Of a DNA stretch of 64,000 nucleotides, positions 50,671 to 62,960 are shown one piece after another (positions within the stretch are counted from its first letter, which is position 1; each line of letters starts with the position of its first letter). The notes below the pieces were generated by a model that saw only the letters and a program-made list of their open reading frames with translations, was not told the DNA's origin and did no database searches. The position numbers and the translations under genes are program-made. This DNA comes from Octopus sinensis (Eukaryota): contig NC_042998.1 of NCBI RefSeq assembly GCF_006345805.1, positions 142,662,001-142,726,000 on the forward strand, given 5' to 3'.

Positions 50671-50946
50671 TATTTTTGTTATTTTTTATTTGCCCTGTTC
50701 GTGTAAGCTAAAATCGTACTGACTTTCATGGGAAACAAGTATTTTTGTGGTTGAAACCTTTTGGATTAGCTAGTGCTAGAGTGAGCCATATAGTGACCAC
50801 TCTCTTATATTTATTTTGTATAAAATATTATAATATTTTACAAAATATTATAATAATCCAGGTTTCTCGGAGCACTGGGCCACTTGGTGTTGAATAGATA
50901 TACTATTAAATTAGTATCTAATTCTCTCACCCTTATTATTAATTAT

Positions 50947-51035
<89 letters not shown>

Positions 51036-51037
<2 letters not shown>

Positions 51038-51378
51038 ATTCCACCAACAAATTCATGAGTTCTTTTCTTATCAGAACGAGCAGAGTGAGTTTTCCGACCT
51101 CACGTAATCACCAATAGATTTATCCATCTCCGTCTGAATCCTCAGCACTGTTCTCAGATTGACATCCAACACACTCAAATGTTCGTATTGGAGCTTCCAG
51201 CTATACAACATGTCGTTTCCAAATTTCTGGCAGAGTTAATTGCGTCACGGTGCTCTTTTTCTCACAAACGGTGCCCAACTGACCCTACTATATTGTGTAG
51301 TCGACAAAATCAAAAACAAACAACACGCATGCGCGAATTACAAATATAAAATGGTGACAGTTTACCCATCGCACCCTG
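51036..51378 (-). mobile_element. Tc1/mariner-like 5' end fragment between (TA)n tracts
   Basis: On the minus strand it begins TA-CAGGGTGCGATGGGTAAACTGTCACCAT, a TA-flanked CAGGGTG end typical of Tc1-like TIRs. A second CAGGGTG end lies at ~51431-51437. Confidence 0.5.
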
Positions 51379-51827
51379 TATATATATATATATATCATAG
51401 TTGCGTTAAATATAGATTCAGAGTAGGTCCACCCTGTATATATATATTTATAGTGCTTTGAAAAATAACTATGCCAAGTCAACCTTGTAAAGAGTCATAG
51501 GGTGTGATTTCTTGGAAATGTAGCTGCTATTTCTAAGAAGCCAAACATACCCACCCCCTGATGGAGATGGCTCTCTCATTGGCTTCTTGGGACACCCTAG
51601 CTATGTGACTGTGGGCTCTAAAATCAGTAATGAAATTTCGGGTTTCACAAAGATGGAAAACGCGCCACTGATTCGCAAACAACAACGTATTATACAATTT
51701 GATACTGACATAAATACGCACTTATGTTGTACTACATACATACATACATACATACATACATACATACATACATACATACATACATACATACATACATACA
51801 TACATACGTAGATACATACGTACATAC

Positions 51828-52239
51828 GCTGAACTACTGACAACTACAATTACTCTATCCAGATTACAAGTTCAGGTTTATACTTGTAATTATTTGGCCA
51901 CTGGGACATGTAATACACTGCCTAAATACCAATCTTGAGAAATTAGATTTCTCAAAACCAAAAAGGAGAAAGCTGAATCGAAGACAACAAATTCAAGCCA
52001 TCACTGGAACTGTAAAATCTGTAAAATTTTCCAGAAATTTATCATTTAAGTATATATGAGCATGTCTAGATATGTAACTATATGCATGAGAATACATACA
52101 TTAAACAAAACATACAAATCTGACATATACATACAAAAATACCCTGTTGATGTTGAAATTCCAATGAAGGAACCTTGGATCTATGTTAGAAAGCGGCTCT
52201 TTCTCTATTGGCAAGAGTTCTTGAAATAAAACTGGTTGA
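51828..52239 (+). mobile_element. Second, shorter copy of the REL LINE 3' end, again in (CATA)n
   Basis: High nucleotide similarity to 46695-47148 (TTACTCTATCCAGATTACAAGTTC...AAGGAACCTTGGATCTA...TTGAAATAAA). Ends TGA|CATAC. Confidence 0.9.
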
Positions 52240-52745
52240 CATACTTACAATACATAATATATGGTTGTTGTCAACTCGTAAATAAGCATGACCATCACTG
52301 ACAAATTATCCTATCCTAGATATTAAAGACAATGGCTGTCAGCAATGCCCATGCTGATATCTAAATTCCGTAACAGCTTGCACAACTCCGCTAAGACTCT
52401 CACAAAGCCAAGTAATCCAGAAACAAGCAATAGCAAGATCTTCGGTTTCGCAATGTCACGGGTGCTCTTTTGGAACTTCCTTCTCCAAGAGAGATGTTTA
52501 AACAAAGACTAGGGATCTCTCGATCCCGGCTGTTGGATGGCTCCGCGCCCTGACTGATTTTGCTTTTCGTCCTGCAGGCTGCTAAACGAAAACCAAGCAC
52601 CTTCGGTTAAGATTTCCAGTTTAGTAGCTAACGGCCCGACCATGCGACAGGCTGTACTCGGTTACATGTTACCAGCAGCACTAAGAGCATCCTGACATAC
52701 ATACATACATACATACATACATACATACATACATACATACATACA

Positions 52746-53072
52746 TGACCAGTTCACTGAGAAGGTACTTGACACCAAAGATGCAAGCCGGGAGGGAATA
52801 AAGTACACCAAGATATACTTTCAGTTTCATACCTATTATTATTGGAACAACAGGATTTGTATCAACCGGTCTGAACGGATTGTTTTGGTGGGAGAATGCA
52901 ATTCCTTAATTTAGACAAGATCACGATATCTGGAACAATAAATATCTACAAGACCTTCTTAAGATTTAAAGGAAGATAAACAAAAGAAGATACTTCCCTT
53001 CACAAGCTTGCTACCAAGCAGGTGGTCAGTCGTAAGTAACTCTAATTAAAAAGAGAAAAAGAAAACAAACGT
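52746..53072 (+). mobile_element. Diverged REL LINE 3' fragment (different subfamily) between (CATA)n tracts
   Basis: Translates FSFIPIIIGTTGFVSTGL...ISGTINIYKTFLRF*, matching FGFIAVIIWPLGYV...ITGTIKICKTFQKF* of the 46313 element. Confidence 0.65.
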
Positions 53073-53331
53073 ACATACGGACATACATACATAAGTACAC
53101 ATACACACACACACCCACGCACATTCGCGCGCACACACACACACACATAAACACACATACAGCATATCTGAATTGTAACAAAAGAATCGGTTTGCATTTT
53201 TCAACTTGAATTATAACATTTTTTTTTCTCCTCTGTTTCCATACCGATTATTTACTCCTCCATTGAAAACAAACACGCAGCTGCCGCGGCAGCTGGTACC
53301 GCTGCTGCTGCTCCTGCTGCGGCTGCTGCTG

Positions 53332-53392
<61 letters not shown>

Positions 53393-53471
53393 ACGTATAT
53401 GTATATATATGATATATATATATATATATATTAATATATATATATATTATATATATACATTAATATATATC

Positions 53472-53539
<68 letters not shown>

Positions 53540-54147
53540 ATATACACATGTATATATATATAATATATATATATCTATATATATATATGTGTAGATATAT
53601 ATATATATACACATGTAGATATATATGTGTGTGTAAATATACATACACAACAATCATGCTTACACATATATGTATGCAGTAAGACAGAGAGATGACGAAG
53701 CACTAGTGGGTCTCCGTCGACCTCGATGGTGAATAGCCAGTTATTCGACCCAATCAATATTCTATTTGTGAAGTTATCTTGAAATTTAACGTGTAAGTGG
53801 CTGAGTATTCCACAGCAATTTGTAATGTAGCCCGTAGGCTGAATTGGTATGACCGGGCCGAACCTTTTTGAATTGTTGGTAGAATCCAAACAGAGAGAGA
53901 CAGACAGGGAGGGGATAAAAATGAGAATGGGGAATCGATGCTAGAGTTGGACTGGTAATTGTTTAACAATTGTGAAAGTGAAGTCGGCCCAGGAAGGACT
54001 TGAACCCCGGGCAAAGGAGTCGGACGAAAATAGCAAAGCAGTTTTATGGGAAGCTCTAACAACTGCGCCAGTTCATTGCGTTGTGACGTTGTTCCTATGA
54101 AGAACACCACTCTGGACACTACAACAACAATAGCAACAGCAGCAACA

Positions 54148-54335
54148 GTGGAGGCGCAATGCCCCAGTGGTTAGGGCAGCGGACTCGCGGTCGTAAGAAC
54201 GCGGTTTCGATTCCCAGACCGGGCATTGTGAGTGTTAATTGAGCAAAAACGCCTAAGCTCCACCAGGCTCCGGCGGGGTGGGGTGGTGAACCCCGCTGTA
54301 CTCTTTCACCACAACTTTCTCTCACTCTTTCTTCC
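54148..54335 (+). mobile_element. SINE family C
   Basis: Homologous to 7884-8195. Confidence 0.85.
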
Positions 54336-54689
54336 TACTTCTGCCACAAAGCATGGTGTAACCCACTATGGTGAAGTAAACTTTCAGACCTAGTCTAGAT
54401 TGCGAATCCTCTGTACCACAGGATGGTACACCCGTTAAAAGCCACCGTTTACGGAATCAGGATAACAACGCGGCTTTCGCGCTCGTGCAACCGCCAGTGG
54501 TGGGTGGATCTTCAAGTTGCCACACGCATTCTTAGTTGCTTAGAGTAGGCTCGAATTAGAGATTATTCTTTGTGGCTAATGGCGTGCAACAGTAGCAAGA
54601 TGAAGATTTACATCGTCAAACACAATTACCAGCCAGAGGAAAAGTTTTTTTTTTTCAGGAATGCCTTCTGCATAAAGGAAATTTAAATA

Positions 54690-54952
54690 AGGATAAAGAT
54701 CCTTCCCGAGTCATATAGCCTCGTCAAGCCGGTTCCGTTGTTTCTGTGGTGTATATATTCCCCCACTCCCAACACCTGGATGGAACATCAGTCCGTCGCA
54801 GAAATACTCATTTTAGCCAGCTGGGTGGACTGGAACAACGTAAAATAAAGTGTTTTGCTCCAGAACAGAACGCATCATCCTGCGCAGGAATCGAAACCGC
54901 AATCTTACGATCATGAGTACGAAACCTTAACCACTAATCCACGCGCCTCCGC
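54690..54952 (-). mobile_element. SINE family D
   Basis: AAGTGTTTTGCTC core, GGAATCGAAACC B box and TAACCACTAA.CCACGCGCCTCC head. Confidence 0.75.
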
Positions 54953-55247
54953 ATCACCAAAGATAATTACCAGCCTCCTCGAATGCCTTCTGCATAAAGG
55001 TGATATATATTCCAGGTAGAATCATCATGACAATGTGTAACAAGGTTTTACTTTTTTTGCGATCCACTCAATGGGCTTCCGTCCATCTAAATTCATTCAC
55101 AAAGTAGAGGTCTAACCGATGCTGCAGAAAGTGTGATTTGCCGAAGATGCCATGCAGCGAGGTCGTACCCTGCATGTCGTGCGTAATTGCGAATAGAACA
55201 ATCTGCCAGACTACTACTGCTGGTCATACCGCACCTGGGAAAAAATT

Positions 55248-55625
55248 ATTCTTTTATTTGTTTCAATCATTTGACTGTGGCCATGCTGGAGCACCGCCTT
55301 TAGTCGAACAAATCGACACCAGGACCTATTCTTTGTAAGCGTAGTACTTATTCTATCCGTCTCTTTTGCTGAACCGCTAAGTTACGGGGGATGTAAACAC
55401 ACCAACATCGGTTGTCAAGTGATGGTCGGAGGACAGACATACAAATACACACACACACATATATATATATAACGGGCTTCTTTCAGTTTCCGTCTACCAA
55501 ATCCATTCACAAGGCTTTGGTCAGCACGAGGCTATAGTAGAAGACCCTTGCCCAAGGTGGGTCTGAACCCGGAAACCATGTGGTTGAGAAGCAAGCTTCT
55601 TACCACACAGCTACACCTGCGCCTA
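55248..55625 (-). mobile_element. SINE family A
   Basis: Matches 8240-8645. Confidence 0.88.
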
Positions 55626-56020
55626 ATAAATTTTATCAATAACTTTTAATTAAAAAATACCATTAGTTTTAATTATTGATTATTATTATTAAGAAGAGTA
55701 AAGGAAGCATATCCGAGATAAAAATTAATTATAAAAATGAACTGGACACAAGCAGTCAGCGCTGTCTTAAGTCATATGCAATGTAGACTGTAGCTCGGAG
55801 ATCCTACGGGTTTAGAGACCCAATACTAATTCGTGTATGGTGCAGTCAGTAAACGTATGTAGTGGGTCTCAGCGTTTTAGAGGTCTCTTGTATTGCTTTA
55901 CCTGGAAGGTAAGGGTTGTAATGTATTTGGGACATCCCTGCCTGCAGTGAAGAATAAGTATGATCTTTAACCAGTACGATTTTAATTTGTTTTTATTAAT
56001 ATTAATTAAACAAGTTGGTT

Positions 56021-56390
56021 CAGGCATGGCAATGTGGTTAAGAAACTCGCTTTGCAATTACGTGGTTTCGGGTTCAGTCCCACTACGCGGCATCTTAAGC
56101 AACCGTCTGCTGCTCTCGTCCCGGCCCGACCAATACTTTGTGAGTGAATCTGGTAGATGAAAACTCTATGGAAGCCCGTCGTATACGTACACACATACAC
56201 ACACACGTGTTTGTCCCCACCACCGCTTGACACCCGGTGTTGGTTCGTTTACGAGCCCGTAACTTAACGATTCAGCAAAAAAGAAAGATAAGCATGAGTA
56301 CCAAATTCTAAAATAATTTAAGTACTGAGATCGATTTGTTCGAAATAAACACGTCAAGGCAGTGCCCCATCATGACTGCAGTCCAATGTG
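56021..56390 (+). mobile_element. SINE family A, diverged
   Basis: GGCATGGCAATGTGGTTAAGAA...GGTTCAGTCCCACTACG...GTAACTTAACGATTCAGCAAAA. Confidence 0.8.
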
Positions 56391-57892
56391 TAAGACAATT
56401 AAATTATGTTCACTATGTTAAATAATGATAGTGCCCCCATGCAGAAAACACTCCTGGGAAAGTTTTATTCTCCAATTACTCAATAAGTTTACCGAATCAG
56501 TTAATGTTTATCACTGAAAAATCTATAATCCTTTCCGTCATTCTAGAATTTGGCAGGTACGAGTAATACGAGGGATCTTTGAAGAGCCCAAAATAAGCCC
56601 AAAAACATGCACGGAGATATCACTGCATTTATAAAAAAAACCAGACTCGACCTCGCCGCCGCAATATGTTTCTACAGCATGTCCAATACAGAGCATAATA
56701 AAGAGTGCTGCAAACAAAGTAATTTAATAGGACAACAAATAGAATAAATATCTCCTTCAGTAAGGAATCATAAGTACATGTCTGCCTGGTGGGGAGGAGT
56801 GGTATGAAACATCTTAGCACAGCCATTTCAGTGCCGCATATTTGACATTGCTGATTCGACGTTGAGTATCTCTCTTCCCCTCTCCCTCTCTCGATATATC
56901 TGTATGTGCATACTTCTGCGCGCGTGCGAATGAGTGTATGTGTGTATGTGTTTCCCTTCAGCGCCAACAAATACGTATTGTCGCCAAAAACAGAGTGAAT
57001 CCCCAGTCAACCGTGCCAAATCGTCAGCATCGAAACAGCTTCATCAGATCGTCTCATTCCTTCACCTAGCTGATAAATGTTGCGTAATCAATGAATTACT
57101 ACATTAGAATATATCCCGAACAATTTCTAATGTGGACCACTTTTGTATAGGCTGTTATTGCTCAAGTGCTGATATCATCCAACACTCAAAATCTTGTTTC
57201 CATTTGTCTTCCTATTAGATAAGTCATCGTTGAAGCTATTATACGGAGGTTTTTAAATGTTGTTTGGAGTATGCTTATTATCTTTAGAACGTATATAGTC
57301 TACAGTCTAATAAACGAACAAACGATGTTTTAACTAAAGTAGTGTAGCTATCCACTTGTGTCCTGTCTAGTAATCCTCGGGATCATCGTATGCTTGTTAT
57401 TGTTGTAATGTTGTTGGTGTAAGTTGTTGTTGTTGTTGTCGTCGTCGTCGTTGCTGTTGCTGCTGCTACTGTTATTGTTGTTGAGATTTTTCCAATAATT
57501 TCCATGTATATATATATATATATATATATATATTCTTTTACAAGTACATTTATTGTAATGGCTGTCGTTGCCTGTCTCCATTGAAGATAACGGCACACAT
57601 TTGAAATGGAAATTGAGTAAATATCACAGAAAATCTGTTTATATCAGCTTTTTCAATGTAAAAAAGAAGAGGGGAATGACGAAGAGTGTAAAATATTTCG
57701 TGTTTGTATGGATATGTAAGGCTAATGTCTTTAGCGCTTACGTGTATATATGTGTGCAAGTAAATGTTCCTAACATTCATACATATATACATACATAAAT
57801 ACACACATACATACACACACACAGACACACATATATACACATATATGAGATGTATATATGTAATATATACATATATATATATATATATAATA

Positions 57893-57944
<52 letters not shown>

Positions 57945-58044
57945 CAGACAGAGGGAGATGCTAATAACTGACTAAAATGTTTATATATATATAAGTGGAT
58001 GTTCTAAGTGTATATATCGTATGTATGCATGTATGTATGCATGT

Positions 58045-58209
58045 ATACATACATACATACATACAAACATACATACATACAAACATACATACATACATAC
58101 ATACATACATACACACATACATGCATACATACATACATACATACATACATACATACATACATACATACATACATACATACATACATACATACATACATAC
58201 ATACATACA

Positions 58210-58240
<31 letters not shown>
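58045..58240. repeat. (TACA)n microsatellite (others at e.g. 24908-25078, 37850-37917, 48125-48220, 51733-51808)
   Basis: Direct inspection. Confidence 0.95.
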
Positions 58241-58241
<1 letters not shown>

Positions 58242-61200
58242 GTTCCGTAGATGTAGCACAGATATAGCTTCCACACTCTGTGTTTAAATAGAAAAATGAA
58301 AAAGCAGTGAAGGCTTACTGCAGACGGCATATATAAATACATACAAAACATCTAATGTATACAATACACATAAATACACATAAACACATAAAACATGTAT
58401 TACATATAAATACATATGAATACATATACATATGATACATATAAATACATGTAGATAAAATATGAATACATATATATATAATATATAGATACATGTAAAT
58501 AGATAGGAATACATGTAAACATATAAAACTCTCTCCTACAGTAATGGGAAAGAACCATTTGAACAGGTCAGTCATTGCTTTCTTGTAGCATCTTGATCAA
58601 TAAAGACAGGAATCAATACTGATTAGGAAAGAGGTCAATAGCAACATAGAAACCAGTTAATATGGAAATGTAGAGTTTCCCTTCATTCCTTCGAGTCAAA
58701 CCAAATACGCCACTCACACCACTGACTTGGCACAGTTTAGCTTTGTTGTTGTTGTTGCTATCGTTGCCGTCATCATCATTGTAGTTGTTGTTGACGTTGT
58801 CATCGTCGTCGTCGTCGTGGTTGTTGTTGTCTGTTCTTGTCGTCGTCGTCGCTTTCACTTGCCGTCGCCATTCCACTTTCTAACCAGCTCTCTCCGCTCC
58901 CGCAGTCAATGAGCACTGAAACTGAAGTGCAAAAGTATCGAAGAAGTAAACATAGGCGGCTGAGTGTCTTTGTGCTTCTGTTTGTCGTCCGTCCCGCTTG
59001 TCAACTGGTATTGGTTTGTTTGTGTCTCCGTAACTTAGCAGCTCGACAAATACACAGAAAACGATACAATAAGTACTAGACTTTAAAAAAGGTACTGAGG
59101 TCGATTTATTCGGCTAAAGCATTCAAGGCAGTGCCCCACCATGACCACAGTCCAATGAATGAAACAAGTAAAAAATAAAAACAAAAATAAGACTGCTTCG
59201 AGATTTGGAAATCAACATGGAGTTTAATGAAAGTAAATCAATCGGAAGTAACGTCACTGACATCCTATAAGTTCATAAAACGAGCATAAAACTAGCAGGT
59301 GTAATCCCTTAGTATTATTAGTAGAACTTGAGGCAGTAAGCTTGAAGCACAATTGTGAGCACGTTTAACTGAATTTCTTCTTATTCGTTACGTTCCGCGT
59401 ATGAATTTTACCGAGGGTGACTTTGCCTTTCATCCTTTCGGAGTCGGTAAATAAGTACCAGTTAAATATTGGAGGTTCGATGGAATCGACTAGCCCCCAC
59501 CCACAAAATTTCTGGCCCTGTAGTAGAAAGGATTATTAACAGAACTCCTTCATTATGTCTTGTTCACAGGCCCCTACTTATATGGTACCTTCTAGTAATA
59601 TCTTAAAGTATTTCAAAAATAGCAGCTGAAGCACACCGGGTTTTTTTTTAACCTACTATATTCAACATTAATGCGATCGTTTTCATCGTATATAAATTGT
59701 GTACAGCTTTCTTTTATTTGGACAGGTTACTTTGAAAGTATATTTTTGCCATCACGTGTAATATCAGTAAATATGGCATGCATGCAATAATTAGAATGAT
59801 GAGGGTTGCTTTAGATTAGGTCATGCTGACGATTTCTAATAAGAAAGAAATGACCGCTATACTTGATTACTTATGACTATAAATTTTAAGATGTTGGTAA
59901 TGAATAAGTAAAAGAAAATAAAGTACATATGTATATTCTGTGCGACTTCTTCCTTGTCTAGAATTGAATATCCCACTAAATGTAACTAGCCGCCAAGGTA
60001 CACCATATGTTTGAATACTTATTACCTTAAAATGAAATTCAATGAAACAAATTTCTCCTTTGTGTATTTGCAATTAATTTTTTTTTTAATTTTATCTAGG
60101 TAATCACACTCTACTACGTCGAAAACCAATTTCTGCAAAATTTCATTTAAAAATGAGCATTTTTCAGAAAGTTATAAGACATTCATCCTGCATTTCTTAT
60201 GTCAATGATCTTTGTCACTCTTTTTACTCTTTCTCCTTCACCACCTCTCTCTATACGATGTAAAGTGTGACTGAAGAAATCAACCAACAATGCCATGTTT
60301 ATATACGTTCTTTACATTGATTATGTTACTTGCATTTGTTTATATGAAAATGTCGGATTTTCCCGTCGATTTAATTTAATTTCATTTTAAGTTTTTAAAC
60401 TGCATGCTAACCGGCTTAGATAGGTTCCTTGTTAAAAGAAACCACCAACTGGTTTTCTGTCGTAAAACTGCTTTGAAAATAATGTAGTGAGGCCCAAGCA
60501 TAACAATATAATTTATTTTTATTTTAGCATGAAAGTGTGGAATTGTCGTCAATAATTGGCATTAAAAAAAATTGAAATTTTGAAAAAACTTTTGTTTCGT
60601 TTTATTCTTGTTTTAGTTTTCTCCAAAATCATTATCTCAATGTTTTTAAACAAAAATTAAAGGGTCGTGTGGAATTTGAAAGTCTTTTTTTTTTTCCTTT
60701 TTTTTTTCAGAATCGTAATCTCCAATGACTGAAACGAGTAAAGGATAAAAGATAATGGCAGCATTTTGCTTGCCTTTTCCCTTTTGTAGGAGTGTCGTCT
60801 TGGGCAATTTTTATTACCTGATGAAGCCGTTCCCTTTTCAGGTCCGATCCACTTTAGAAATGTATGTTATTACTGTTGTGTACGCCACGAAATCGTTGTT
60901 ATTCAGTGTCACCAAGAGGACGGTGAGCTGGCAGAATCGCAAGAGCATCGAACAAAATACCTTACAGTATTTCTTTCGGCTTTAAGTTCTGAGTTCAAAT
61001 TCCTTTCAACCTTTTTAGAGTCGAAAAATAAGTTCCAGTTGCACACTGGAGTCAATATAATCGACTTTCCCCCTCTCTTGAATTTGCCGGTCTTGTACCA
61101 AAATTTGAAACCATTGAGAGTGTACAAGATGCGTCACTAACATGTGGCATAGAACGTAAGCTCACGCTGATTCTCATCAGTTGAAGTCACTTCACTTTCC

Positions 61201-62019
61201 GTTTCGCTGCAAATATTCTTAACAAACGTATGAACGTCGCGGAAGGTGAGAACTCGCTACAGGGCAAGCGGGCAGCAGGAGAAATATTCAGAGCAAGAAC
61301 TTCCATCAAACGTTTCGTCCATTAGTTCTTGACACCCTAATGGAATCGGTCCCACCTAAATCACGACTCCTAGGGACTTTTGGGTGATGCTATTTCCCTG
61401 AACTGTGGTGTAAACCGCTCAGCCGTGATCCAACGAAAGAATTTGTACCGTGGATCTCTCTCTAAATCTGGGTTTTCCTCCTCTTATTCTCTGTTTAGCG
61501 GCTTACAGTATTCTATTTCAGTTACAGTTATATTTCTTATTGTCCACTGTCACAATGAGTTCTTTTCGGCGTACATATTTTCCAGAGCAAATAACGTGTC
61601 GTGCATTCTTCAACTGAGAATCATAACGAAACTAGAAATTGGACCCAGTTAGGAGTGAACCTATATCTACTGTTTCATTAACCAAAGTCAACAACTGAAC
61701 TTATTCAACTTGACTGATCAATATATAGCCAGACAAACTGATCAAACTGTTCGAATGGGCGGTTTCGAATATTCAGGAATATCTAAGAGTAGAGAAGAAA
61801 GTGTTAAAGCCAATTCAACCATCAACTAATCGAAATAGAACTAGGTCTTTTCAGATGGAATTGGATTCTACAGATATTACCAGTTTGATGTCGTAGTTCT
61901 TCTTAGTAGTATAGAAATAATTGGCTTTATTCCAACTTTGAAGGTTTTCTAGATATTCTATTTCATTGGTTGAAAAATGGATTGTGATTTAGAAACAAGA
62001 TCAGCAAATTTTGAAGAGA

Positions 62020-62960
62020 GGGTACAAGTCGATATTTTCAAGCTTAGTATTTGATTGGCACTTTATTTTATCGAAGCAAAGTTGATCATCGCAGGATCTG
62101 AACTTAGAATGTAAATAGTCGGAACGTGTAACGAAAAAGCACTCCCTCGCTCCATGCCCACAGTATAAGATGTCTGTATCTTAGATAATAATGAGGATTT
62201 CAAATTTCGATGCAAAGCCTGCAAGTTCAGGGAAGGAGTAAGTCAATTATATCGACCTCAGTGCTCAACTGGTACTTATTTTATCGACCCCAAACAAATA
62301 AAAGTTAAAGTTGACGTCAGCGAAATTTGAACTCAGAATGTAAAGAATCGGAAGTATTCTGTGAAGCATTTTGTCCGACACGCTAACAATTTAACTAATC
62401 TACCGTCCCAGTTTTAAATTTTGGCACAAGGCCAGCAATTTTAGAAGAAGGGATTTGTCGATATCATTAACTCAGTACTTGACTGGTATTTTATTGTATC
62501 GGCCCAGAAAAGATGAAAGGTAAAGTTAATATCGGTGAAATTTGAACTGAGAAAGTAAATAGTCGGAACAAATAGCATTTTTTCCAACGCTCTAAGTATT
62601 TTACAAACTTGTCGCCTTAAAAACAGCAGTCGTTAAAAATAATAATTAAAATATTGCTTTCTAATTTTGGTATAATGTTAGTAACTTTAAGGGAGAGGTT
62701 AAATCGATTACATCAGCCCAAGTATTGACTGGTACTTTATTTTATCGACTCAGAAAGGATGAACGGTAAAGTTGACCTCAACAGATTTTGAACTTAGAAC
62801 GTAAAGAACCGGTGGAAATACAGCGAAGCATTTTGTCTGACGCTTGAATTTTTCTGGCAACGCACCGCCCCAGTTTCAAATTTTGGCACAGGGCCAGCAA
62901 TTTTAGAGGGAGGGACTTAGTCGATTACATTGACTCTAGTTCTTGACTGGTACTTTATTT
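62020..62960 (-). mobile_element. Tandem array of ~4-5 diverged SINE-B-like units
   Basis: A ~210-230-bp unit (AAATTTTGGCACAAGGCCAGCAATTT...TCGATTACATCGAC...CTGGTACTT..TTTTATCG...AAAGTTGAC...TTTGAACT.AGAA) recurs at ~62200, 62415, 62660 and 62875. Confidence 0.75.

Noticed and set aside
54148-54225. tRNA-like sequence with A and B boxes
   Set aside because: It is the head of a multi-copy SINE; it has no proper acceptor stem and continues into SINE body sequence.
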